A stretch of DNA of 63,246 nt, filler included, from Platydemus manokwari (lineage: Eukaryota): NCBI GenBank assembly GCA_037951405.1. It is 5 parts of 5 records of this genome, joined end to end, with 100 filler letters (N's around TTAATTAATTAA, not from the genome) between each part and the next. Parts side by side here need not be neighbours in the genome. Positions count along the whole stretch, not along the records: positions 44,057 to 63,246 come from JBBMOY010077789.1; 4 more parts are not named here. One strand, written 5' to 3'. The translations under genes and the position numbers were made by a program. Shown piece by piece: positions 44,294 through 57,093 of the stretch. Each line of letters opens with the position of its first letter. Position 1 is the stretch's first letter. The notes beneath the pieces are model-generated. The model saw only the letters and a list, made by a program, of their open reading frames with translations, was not told the DNA's origin and made no database searches.

Positions 44294-47200
44294 ACAAAAT
44301 ATATTTTAAAAATATTTGCGTTAAAAAAGAAAATTTTAACAATATTTTTAATATTTAAATTGATTTCAAAACTTGGGTTAAATACAAAATCGATTTTAAC
44401 GTTGATTCAATTGATTTAAATTTATTTTATTTATTATAAAATGTTCAGAAATTATGAAATATAAAAATTCAGAATCAACATCAATATCTTCTTCAATACC
44501 ACCCGAGTCGGGAATTATATTATTTTGTCAACTTAACAATAGCTGTTACCTGAATCAAATTCGGGTTCTCTCTCCACATTTGTTATAATTTTTAAATATT
44601 TACTAAAATTAAATAGAAATTTATCATGGATTTAAAAATCTATAAAAGAGGTTGTTTTAATTGTTGGTTCCATTTATTAAATTATTGATTTATTTGATGG
44701 GTTAATAAACATACAATTTATCCCAGACACTATTTGGAAATTATTCCTCAAAATATCGCGAAATAAACAATCTCAAGTCCTGCCATTGAAAATGAAATCT
44801 CAAATGGAGTGTGCAATGCTTGATGAGTTATTATATGTCACAGTACATTTTGTATATTTTCAGTTGGGATATCAGAATATTTGCCTCTTTGTTTATACTT
44901 GAGATCCAAGTGTATATTTGTATGTTTCAAATTTTAGTTTGATATTTTATTTCTCCAATTCCAGTAAGGATTTTTGATTTCCTATGATCGGGCATTGCTG
45001 TGTACCTATGTCTTTAATCGAATTGATATCTTCAATTTGTTTTATCGTTGGCTCGCAGGCTGTTATGCCTAAATGGTTGTGTTATCATTTATAAATGTAA
45101 AATGTCGAGACAGGAGATCCAATGTGCTAAATTCTCTTCGGCTTATTCACGGTCATCGGACTCGATGTCGCAGCAGTCGATAACGAACCAAGCTTCATTG
45201 ATGCAGATCACTCAGCCTCAGTGCTCCCAATGATGATCTTAGGAAAAAGCTGTACTGGAGCCTCCGCACAAAACAGCGTACAGTTACCATAATACCCAAC
45301 AAATTGATTTCGTCGATTCTGAGCTCAGAGAAAAATAAGAATTGATTCAGATTTATTCAGAGCCGATAACCTTAATTCAGTAATGCGCGTCGAGGAATTC
45401 GCAGTCTAACTTCTTAAATGCACGTATTCTGACATGAGTACCCTTCTTGATTCAAGTTTCTAACTTCTAGATTGGCCCAATTGTGATCATTACTTAATCT
45501 CCGTACTAGTCTTGCCTCCAAAACTTCCAATGCATTATGTTATCAGATATAAATTAAAATGATCAGGTATAAAATGACAGAATGCGTTTATGTCAAACTA
45601 GGGGTGAAAAATATATCTACCATATTATATGTGAAGGTTTCGAAGATTGTAGAGGCAATTTTGAATCCTTTTAAATAAAATAAATGATTAGAAATATCTT
45701 TAAATAATTTTTGGAATATTATGGTCGAATATATTTTGGGTTGAACTTCTTAAATTGTTATTGATTTTATACAATGACCGTTAACACCAGACAAAAAGTA
45801 AATATTAATAGAACGAATTCAAAGAAAGCTATGTGGAAAGTGCCAATAAGCCAATTTCAGCAGAAAAGTTAATTCAAATAATAATGATAATAATAAACAA
45901 GAATTCAATCGTCAAGATGCGTAAAAATATGAAAAAAACTGTTTACGCGAAGGTATTCAAGTAATTGAATACTGGCAAGTAGTTATTTAAAGAACGATAG
46001 ATAGAACAATACAGATGAATTATGTGGACCACACCAGATGAATGTGTTGTCCGGATTTGAAAGATGTTGAACGAACAAATATCAAAACACGAACAAATCG
46101 ATATCTAATCGCTTATGAAATCAAAAATGTCTAAAAGTGTTTTAGAATCAATATTATATTGTTACGTAATCAATGATGAATTGTGAGTCAATATTTATTT
46201 CTAGTTTCTAGTGTCCATTCCTTAGACCAGGAATCATGTAATAAAAATCAATATTTATTAATATAAATAATTTTTCTTATAAAACGATATCATCTAATGT
46301 ATAATTTTTAATCGATATATTTATCAATGTATAATCAATAATGTTATACAGCATTGCTACCAATATTTGACAGCAACACATTAAGCACAAATGTTGAGCA
46401 TTTTAATGTTATTTGATTTGTAAATACAAAACATCTAATAAAAATTAAAAAAAAATAATATCAACAATATTTATTAAAACAAATAATTGTTAACATCTGG
46501 AATTGTCATTGAAACATATTCAAGATATTCACAACGATTTGATTTCGTTTATTTTACCGCACACAGTCGGGGTTCTTGTCAAATTCGATAGAATCTCTAT
46601 TTCAGCTCCGAGTATTCTATCAGAACAACAATCTAATCTATTATAAAGAACTTGTAATTATCTAGTAGATCAACAATTAATATGCTAGGACTTGGTAATG
46701 TTTTCGTATGAAGACAAAATGGATGGAACTGCTTGTAATTCCCATCAGTAGCTAATTTTTGATAATCTTCGAAATAATCTGATGACTGCCAAATCGGTTT
46801 AAATCTCGATAATAGTTGCAAACCTTTATTAAAAGTAATAAAAGTGAAAAAGCTTCCAATCAATATTAATGAATAAAAGATATTCATTGGTTAGATTTAA
46901 ATAAAAGTAAAGAATAATGATAAAGAATATGAATTTATAATACTGGTCAAATTGGAAGAGAAATTCAACGAGCATTGGATAATTTTGATTCCATGGTATG
47001 TGCAGTGCAGTACACATTAAATTTATGATCAAATTATTTGAAAAAATTGAAAATTATAATAATGGGATATTTTATATTTAAATTGCGTGTTATATTCTAG
47101 CTTTTGATATCATTTTATAATTACAAATATTGAGGTACGGGACGTTGTTTCTCTAGTCGAGGTAAACAAACAGACAAAAAGACATGAACAATATTTTGCC

Positions 47201-47639
47201 ACAAATACTTTTTATTCAAAATAGATGGTATTATCTCTAAAAGCATTGTTTGATATGATTGATAACAATGGAAATACAAATATAACCAACAAAACGTAAA
47301 CAATAAGTTTATCGATTTTGGATAGAAGATGGAAAATATTGATTAAATCTATAAAAATTGATTTCTATTCCACATCATATCCAACATTTAGCTAATAAAT
47401 GTTAGATGAACATTTCCCAAATGCAGATGATCAGAATTTTAATATAAAAAACTGGTCATTGCTTATTGATTACATGATTTCGTTATTTACTAACTCTAAA
47501 TATCAAAATTATTATTAAGGATCACAATAATTTACAGAAAACCAAATCCTAAAACAATCACTCTCCGAAATAATACTTTCAATAGTTGATATTTTAACAT
47601 AAATCAACACAAAATCGTATCAGCACTCGAAAGTTAACC

Positions 47640-48030
47640 AGTAACTCTAACCTATCAATATCGAATGAAATAATCGTCAAGATATTAAACCTGTCTATGA
47701 GTCGTTATGCAGACATATTTTGGCAAATTGAAATCCTTGTTCTATTTTACTTCTGATTAGTTTGTTATGGTGCCTGAAAACTGTAAAGGTATGTGAGTAA
47801 ATTTTCAAGATTGGGATTCCTACTTGCCAAAGGTCGTAATTTCTGGGAATATTACAAACTCGACAAATAGAACATTTAATAACTATTCTATCCGCTGCTA
47901 TAAACTATCTCAGATAACGTAGAATGTTAGAATTTGCATTTTACTCCATATTAAAGATATTTGGGAGGAGAATGTGGTCACTCAATACATCCACGTGACT
48001 AAGTAGATTATCAAAAAGTATTTAAAATAA
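47640..48030 (-). pseudogene. Possible decayed integrase remnant
   Basis: LSHVDV...IKCSICR (HHCC-like), followed by RLIDRFNILTIISFD (like the RFGxPxxIxSD motif). Many stops. Confidence 0.25.
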
Positions 48031-50409
48031 TCTTATTACAACGGTAATCATCTCAGATGAATGCCATACCACCCTATTTCTGGACATCGATTATAATTTC
48101 ATCTGACAAGATTACGCATGCTTGAGGCATGACACAAATTGTATTTCCAATATTAACCCCCTTATATACTTTAAGATAATTTTTAAATATCGGATAAATG
48201 TCGGCAAACTTAAGGCAAATATTTATTAATGAAGACCCAATCAATGACTGGTTGCATTTTATCTTGAGATGTTTCTGACTTCAATTAAAATGTGTACAAA
48301 ATTGATAGAATCGATAAATTAAGTTTAATTTCACATTCACCCCATTTGGAAATATTTCTTACATGTATTTGAGAATTTTTATTTTAATTCATCACGGATT
48401 ATTTTATATTTATTGCAACAGAAATGGTTAGTATTATTATATGCAACACTTTTCCTTTCATCCTCCTACTTTGAGTAAGATAAAATATTGTCGTTCGAAT
48501 TAAAAAAATTAAATCATTAAACCTATATGATTTTAAATTACCCATGTTTTACCTATATAAAACAACACACACACATATATTTATATATATTGGTAATGAC
48601 AGCCAGAAATAATACTCATATTCATTCAAATAGAATGACTTTGTGCTTGGATTGTGTGCTTATAAAACAGTTGACTTGATGGTATTATTGGCCTAGGATC
48701 AATATTATTTGTGCTGAACTCGAAGAGTTTGTTTCTCCAATTTTGAATAGGCAAAAATTAGCTCCGCATTTGTACACTAATAGTTTGTACAATATATAAT
48801 TCATTCATTAACCAGCTTTCTCTTCAATTTTGTGCGGAAATAATGACTCTTCGTTCAATTGGTAAATGTTTGAGACCTGATTTTCGTTCGTCAGTATTTT
48901 CCTTGATACTTTGTGCGATAACAATCGATCCTCAATGATTATCGTGAGATTTGTCATTATAACCCATTGTTGCGGGAATAATGACTCTGATGAGTCTCCA
49001 CACATATGTTTCGATTGCCCATCCGGCTACGACACCATGTACATAAACCCCTATGTTACTCCATATACATAGAAAATACCATATAATCAATATAAAAAAC
49101 TCACAAGCATATAAAGCATATAATCAGCAGTGACACAATAAACCCCGTTAATTATACAATACAAATCTTGGCTATGGATATCGCGGCAGAATAAAGCAAG
49201 AATGAAGTAGAGAATCAACAATATCAATTACCTGAATCTGCAAAGAAAAACCTATAACAATATCTAACATCTAATTTTGTGTTGTGAAGCATCAATGAAA
49301 TTATTATTACCCGTTGTTTATTATTGATAATATTTAATTCCATGATTTATAATTTATCTTATTCTTATTTGTTATGTAAAGGGAGATAAAGGAGATTAGT
49401 TTCGACAATAATAATATTAATAAAATTCAAGGTCTAAATAATAAGAAAAATAGATCATATGTCGAGGTCACACGTATAAAACAAAAAGACATTTTAAAAT
49501 GCATAAATCAAAATAAAATTTATGCCAAAAATATCAGAATAAAGCATAGGAAAACGCGAACATTTCAAAAAAATACATGAAGACACCTAAACACAAATCA
49601 CGAGGCACTACAAAGTACACGATATTTTCAGCACAAGACAAAACCAATTGAATTCGAGGAGTCATTATTATCGGCTGCAGTTTTAAGTTACGAAACAGGA
49701 ATTGACACGGACAATTTGAATTCGACCACTGCGTTGAGTAAGGAATTATTAATTTGATAATTTTTCGTTATTACGTTTATAATCATTAATTCAACTTGTA
49801 ACGATACTTAATATTAAGAATTTTTATATTGATAATCATTGATTTAATAAATAATATTTTTGTTGAAACTAATTTCACCATCAATTGACCTCATATATTT
49901 TTCAAAATGATAAATAATCAATACTCAATCATTTAATAATTTCAACTTTTAACTTTAGCAGTCAAAATAATTCAATTTAATCAACAAGATCAACATCTTT
50001 GTCTTTTACCGCCTTTAGGTAATTTCAGTCGCAAATACATTTCCAATAGCGTGATCTTAATACCCGTTATTGAAGCCCCTTACAAACTAGTAACAAGTTA
50101 AAGCGAAATCAATTTTCACTAAATCATCAACTTTAATATAGGTTTATATATAGATTTAATATAGTTTAAAATGAGCTAGATAAGACAATTCTTTTGCTAA
50201 CTGCATTAGGAGGAATTATATTGTACAATAAATCACTGTTTAGCATATATCATAAATATTTCTGTCTCATGATGTAAAAGGTGAAAAGAAGATGCAACTC
50301 ATGCAAAGTATGCCAAAAAAGACAAATGAGAAGGTACAAATTTGGAGTTCAACTGAAACCATTGTAGATTGATAACTTTTGACTATAAACATATTAGAAC
50401 TACTTCTGT

Positions 50410-50820
50410 TAAGTAAGACAACGATGTATCGCATTTTTGTATCGCACATACTTTGCATTATATTACATGATGTCAATAAACTGACGCACCATCGAATATG
50501 AAAGAGAACGAAATCACAAAGTTATTAGATGAAGAAATTTTGCATTGCTCCTAAGCAGATCAACACCTACTAAATGATAGAATAAAGAAACTCCATGCCA
50601 TCAAAACAAAATTAAAAATAAGGAAATTAACTACAAGACATTGGGCATGATTCACAAGATTAGTTGAACGACTCAAATGAACATTGAGATACATTTAAAA
50701 CTTTATTCAAATGCAGGGCAAAATGATTGGGATGTTCACATTTCATCATGTCTATATGTAATCAAAATGCACAACAATCAAGTGAAGCTTATTCATCTTC
50801 ATGTTTAATGTATATAAAGC
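50410..50820 (+). pseudogene. Highly decayed Gypsy-type integrase fragment
   Basis: Collinear broken motifs NDVSHFC, RLVERLK*TL, NDWDVHISSCLYVIK and QSSEAYSSSCLMY match the usual GLVERxNxTL...DWDxHLxxxLFA...TGYSPxxLMY pattern. Confidence 0.6.
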
Positions 50821-51146
50821 ATATTGTCATCATGAATATCGCAATTTATAGACGAAGAAGATTGCATATGGTGATGTGCACGGTCAAATGACAGAACCTT
50901 ACGTTATTTATAAATTGAAAATACATAAATTTTAAAATCTTATATTTTATTTTTATATATTTAAATCTCTAATAAATATAATTAAATAACTAAAGTGAAG
51001 TATTAGACATGCCATAAATCTACTTTTAATGATTATATTTAATGTCTTTAATACATTTAATTTTAATTCGAATTTATAAAATATGAAAATATTTGACCTT
51101 TAATTAAAATAAACTTTTCAAATTTGTTTATACCATTAATACATAA

Positions 51147-52009
51147 ATGAATATTTTAAATACAAATTCAAATCAATTATGGGGTGAATTTAATTGCAAT
51201 GCCGAAAGCCAGTCAGGAAATTCAAATAACAACAAATATATTCTTTCAGACAATATTATCAATTCTATCATTGTTCCACAATACGATATATCAAATTTGA
51301 TATTTTTTTCTCAAGGAATAGATTTAAATAAAGACGTTCTTTTCAATGATTTGTAAGGTTTTATATTGATTTAAAAATAATTTTGATTTTATACAAGTTA
51401 TGACTGTGGCAAATACGATGCTTTGAATCTATTGAAATCTTCGTGTTTATCAATCATTAACAACCATTTTGAATGTAATATTTTAAATTAAAAAAATAAC
51501 TTCAACATGTTCAAAAAATTTAAGCATTGGACTCCGATTCTGAATCGGTTATTATTGCACTGACGAAAAAGTTTATTTGTGATTTAGCCAAAGATATCAA
51601 CAAACAAGAGCCTTTCGACGCATCGCCCAAAGTTCTTGAAGTTAATATTTGGAATGATCTTTGGAAATAATCTTATGGAATATTTTTACAGGGAATTTTC
51701 GAAAATGTTATTATTAATAAATGTAAAGTGGAATCGAGTGAAGAATTAATCAATATGTTTGTCAAACGAAAATGGAAAGTCAATGGGAAAAGAAACAAGT
51801 CGTCCGATTTCGACGATGGAAACGACATGCCAGTGATTGATGATAACAATCTCCAATTATGTAAAATCGAAGCAAGTGAGCTATTGACGTTAACAGATGA
51901 AATAATGGACATGTTACCGGATTCGAGCCACACAACGGAGTATCTCGATAATGATAATTGCTTTGATCCTGGCCCGCCATCGAAAATGGCTAAATTGAAT
52001 TTGTATTAA
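51147..52009 (+). CDS. Four-exon gene, ~238 aa, probable SUPT7L/STAF65-like (Bromo_TP histone-fold) protein
   Basis: Exons 51147-51352, 51398-51474, 51525-51640 and 51692-52009 splice GT-AG (introns 45, 50 and 51 nt) into one 717-nt frame, with AATAAA at 52051. N-terminal LWGE and ALNLLKSSCLSIINNHFESLDSDSESVIIALTKKFICDLAKDI resemble SUPT7L (YWGE; RQLLYQAVATILAHAGF...LTDVAHEYCLKFTKLL). The tail is acidic and ends in PPSKMAKL. The gene model is firmer than the family call. Confidence 0.6.
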
Positions 52010-55000
52010 TCATTTGTAATTTCTTACACAAGAAGTGATTGATTTGTATAAATAAAAAAGGTTTTTTTGTTTAAATCAATTATTGTAATTACACTGCACC
52101 AATAGAATATTTGACGCTGTTGTATTGAGTTGCTTTTGAATGAGATTTTATTTTATATCAAGGCGAGGTACAAGAAAATTGGGCTTACGTTTAGAAAGAG
52201 GGTCCTTTGACCTACTTTCGTAATAATTAATTTTCGCGCATCAAATAATTTTATAACTTAATTTCATATATAATTGCGGTATTTGATTTATTTGTATAAT
52301 TTAGTTAATATCTTAGATTTTAGGATATCTAATGGTGACAATATATAGTTTTAAAGCCAAGTTCCCATTCTAATCACAACACCTCTATATAATTATTTGA
52401 TTTTAAATTTTTTAATTATAAATCGAGTTAGTTAATTACAGATATGTTTAATAATATCATTGCTTATTTTTATAAAATAATTGTAAAATCGAGAATATTT
52501 CTTAATTTTCTTATAATGTTGAAAAATGAGTCCTAGCTAATTTTCAATAAATTGCAATTCGACCCTTTTTCAAATAATCAACACTTAGGAGATTTTAAAC
52601 CTCTAATGTATTTAATATTTGATTTCAAACGATTAAGATTCTTCTGAAATACTTTAATAAAAAATTCAGCATGTTTTTAAAGAATATAATTAAATAAACT
52701 ATATAAATTTTTGCAATACACTCAACAATTTTAAAATTTTATTTTAGAACCCCTCTTCTTAACCTTAGCCATTCTAATTTTATTCATAACATGTGCAAGG
52801 TTTTCAAGATCTATGAAAGTCCAAAAACAATCTGTTGGTATATGTGTAATCAAATCAATCAATGCAATTCATTTTTAATTACCTTCCCTATCTAATTATT
52901 CAGCTAAGGCGATCATGTCATTATAGTTTTTTCAAAAAAAACTTTCGAAAATTTTTTGAAAATCGGATTTATTAAATCAATTTTGACTTCATTTACTGTC
53001 AGCAGTTCTGATTGACGTAATTCCAATCAAACGCCTTCATCACATTGAATTATGTTTGGGGTTTCGATCTGTTTAATAATTTTTGCAAAAAACAAATAAA
53101 TACAAAAATTGGCAATAACTAACGTGAAAAACGGTTCAGATAAACATTTTAATAATGAAGATCTTTTAATAATAAGAACATGATATATTTTGGTTTAAAT
53201 TTTAATTGTTCTTTCAAAAATGTTCTTACAGTTGAAAACCATAAAGTAATATCGAATCAAGAGAAACTGATGTAGAAGTTGTCAGTGAAATTATTGAATT
53301 TCCTATGGTTATCGAGAAACAATATTACCAAAGACGTTAGAAAGATATTCTGTGAACTTTCAAACTGTAAATGTTACTGACAAAAAATTACCTGATGGAA
53401 TTTTTCCATAAAATACCCTGGGAATGATAGATTAAAGGCAATTTCTTGCTTATGCAAAACAGCTTTCTTGTAACTGTATCATGTTACTTTTGTTACTGTT
53501 CCAGCCATGAATAAATATGATATGATATACCATAAAATTCATGGAAGAATGGTTAACATGGATGATTTAAAATAGATCCTTAGACATCCTAATGGGATTG
53601 AGTAGAAAAAGAAATTCGAATGCCCATATTTTATGGATAATGTGGGAATTTATCATAGCAGGGTATCACTAGAAGAAATTTGAGATTCAAAGCACAAAAA
53701 TGGATATCTTCAACAATATTCTACATTTGTTAATCTTATTGTGGATGTATTTCCAGTATAGAAGAATAAAATAGTTTCTCGCGTATCAAAGTTGTGTGAG
53801 TTTATAAATAGAAATGCCTGAGTATTAAATAAAATGTTCTAATAGAGAAGAGATCAAAGAATAAACTCTGGTTTATTTATTGTTATAGCTTTATTAAATT
53901 GATAGGAAGAATAATTACAGAGATCAAAAAACCATATGAAGAGGAAATGAAGTTAATTCAATATTAACAACAATTTAGCCATAACGATAGAAATCACATT
54001 TAAATATCTAAAATAATTATTTCTCGCAATTAAATAAAAGATAACTTTTACCATTCCCTATTTTCGAACAAATTCAAATATTAAAGTAAAAGGGGAAAAA
54101 TCTATTAATAATTCTGTATGGCAATTTAATTATTAATACATGTTGAAAGGAAACTCGAGACATCGCTTCTAGGAACATGCATTTTCTCCATAACTCGAAA
54201 ATAATTTATAAATGAATCAATGCTTCATTTGATGATAAGAAATAAAAATTTTTAAATACATAAACTGACTTGAAATTTTCTTCCCAAATATAGAAGCTAT
54301 TCTTTCCTATAGCCAATTCTTATCTGCAAAGAAAGCTAGGTTTCTGTCGACATACATATGCCTTTCAGCACAAAATTCCAAAGATTATTCGCTAGATATA
54401 AGGGAAATATTTTTGTGTACTTCATTTCAATTGTTAATAGATTTTCTTGTTTATATTGAAAGAAATCAATATTCATTGTAATTAAAAAAATTAAAAAAAA
54501 TTTGAATAAATTTAAGTTTATTCTATTTATTGTTATTAAAATTAATATTTGAAAAACACATGTTACAATATAACTATCACATTTTCCCACGGAGTTTCAG
54601 AAGCGCTTTCCACAAAAAACTATATTTTTATCTATTAATCAGTTTTGAAGATGGATAACTAAAATGGGTTTTCACCATACTAAATCCAAAGGCATGAATA
54701 GAATATCAATGTTATGAAAAATTGCTGAGGATATGTGACGAAAGCAGGTACAGAAGTAGTGTTGATGAATCAAACAGAGCATGTTTCAAATAAGAACCAA
54801 ATTGTTACAATCAATTTCGTTGAATAATAAGATGATATTTGAAGAATGTCAAACGAGATGATTTTCTAAATTATCGTTCCAAATAGGAGATTTCCATAAG
54901 CCACATCTAAGGATTAATAAAAGTTCGTTATTTAAAAATTTTTAAAATATTGATTTTAAAAATAAAATTTAACTACCAATGCCGAAAAAGAAAATTTTTT

Positions 55001-56902
55001 AATAATTAAAAATATTTATATCTGTAAATTAAAATTTATAATTTTGAATTCAAAAAGATTTTGATCAAGAAAGACACTATGTCAACCTCTTTAAGAATAT
55101 ATTTGTTGTGCTCTGAAGAAATGAACAATCGACGTAGGGAACGACGTGTTTTTCTACTTCGGAGAATAAACTAGAGAAATTAATTTAGATCTTGGAAATA
55201 CTTCTTGCTTTGCAAATTAACTTTTAGGTCCTACAAATCTCATTGAGATTTGCAGGGGATGATCGATTTATAACAAATAAAATTTACCACGAACATCATA
55301 ATATCAGAGTATTGAATGAATTGAAATATGATTCGAATTGTCGCAACGGAACGAATGAATTCCGATTTTATTCAGTCGATTTGGTGATGAAATCCCAAAG
55401 TTTGATCGGTGACGATTGTCCCAGTAATTGATAACTGAAGTTGATGAAATTTCCGTTTGAGTGAAGATTATTCCAATGATCGATGCTTGACGTTAAAGAA
55501 CTTTTCGCGTACCGAGCGTTTATGATGGAATTTTGTTCTCGAATTTTGTGCATTTCTTTATTTTGGACTGGGTTTATATGGCCAGATTTTTGTGGGAGGG
55601 ATTACTAATTTTCTGTTTCTTTATTTTTCTCACATAATGATTATTATTTTTCCATAGTAATTCAATGTTGCTAATGCTTTCGTCTTAACAATATATTAAA
55701 TCACCATGGAAACACAATTTTTAAATTTTCAGAATTAATTTTCGGAATTGGTGATTCTTATTGTTAATGTGGGTCGGTTTGTGGGTTGAAAATACCCAAC
55801 AATAAAATAGTGCTGATAAATAAAAATTACTTTGTGAATCTAAAAACTGAATATTTTTACGAAATAAGCAATTATAAATAACAAAAATTCAGCATAAAGT
55901 GTAGCACACTACCAGATATATGGAAAACTACTTTATTATAAGATTTTGAAACATTTCAAAGATAGCCAAATGGAAATGTAAAAATTATCGATGTCGATTA
56001 CAAGCAGAAATAAAAATTCAACATACAGTCATAAAAAAATATGGGTTCGTGATAGAAAATCAGAGTAGTAGAAAATGCTTAAGAAGAACAAAAAAGTTAT
56101 CGAAATGGTTATTCCGAAATATGTCTTATTTTTTCCTAATAAGGTTTTCTTACTCGTATGTTGATTCGTCCAGCTATTTGCTTTTTCATAGCTTTGTTGA
56201 TTATGTATCTGTTCACTAAGTCGTAGTGACTCAGAATGTGTTTACTTTTTTATTTTATTCTCTATTTTCTCTTGCTAAGTTATTATTTTTTCCTAGCTAA
56301 TTAAACCAATTATAATAAGCTTTTTCTTAAATTCGTGGCATATTTTTTTGTTCATTCATGTATAACTACTTCTTATTATCAATCAAATTTTCTACTAATT
56401 ATTTTATTAAATTTTGCAAAAGAAAAACGGGTTTGCGCCTTGGAACGCTTACTTAAGAATTTTAAACATTTGCATGCCTATACAACCATACAAGGATAGC
56501 AACCAACCAATCACAGTGAAGTGAGATGATAAGCGACAGTTGGAAAAGGGGTATAGGTGCACAACAATACATATATAGGGATAGGCCAAAATTTAAACAT
56601 TCCAATTGAAACATAGAATAGCAATGATGGAATAAAAATAAAATACGACACAAAAAATTACAAACACATCTCGAAAATAAATATCCATGTAAATATGGCG
56701 AACTGCCAGTTAGAAGCCAGGTTTTGTTTATATTTTAAAAGTATGTCGAGTCTATTTATTTTATAAGTCAGTCTTCTAGTTTATGAAAACAGCGATTAGT
56801 TAATTGTATGGGGCAGTATCCCAACAGCACTGTTATCAATATTATTTATTATCTACCATAATTTATTAATTGTTATTATTTATAACTTTGTTGTTTATTT
56901 AC

Positions 56903-57093
56903 AGCTCCTATACACTGGATCGCAGCCAACAGTTCTTCTTTATTTACTCTTACAATGTACATCATCAAGTTGATAAATTGATTGATTGGAGAACATGGAT
57001 TTATTGGATCGGTTTCAAAAGCCTTATTAATTGTAGAATTGAGATAGAAGAGTAAAATTTTATCATTTGATAGAAATTCAGATGTTGGTGATT
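56903..57093 (-). CDS. Candidate exon of an unknown protein
   Basis: Acceptor CCCTAG| and donor |GTAAAT bracket a stop-free frame SPTSEFLSNDKILLFYLNSTINKAFETDPINPCSPINQFINLMMYIVRVNKEELLAAIQCIGA. Neighbouring exons were not resolved. Confidence 0.3.

Noticed and set aside
44067-44342. 91-aa ORF with a poly-X run
   Set aside because: It is a translation through an N gap.
48831-48990. Direct repeat GCGG(A/G)AATAATGACTCT (two copies) as a CRISPR-like or regulatory array
   Set aside because: There are only two short copies ~140 bp apart, in a eukaryotic context with no further units.
50860-50885. AYGD as the missing Kv4 pore (GYGD) exon
   Set aside because: There is no TxxTxGYG context. It lies in integrase debris on a different contig.
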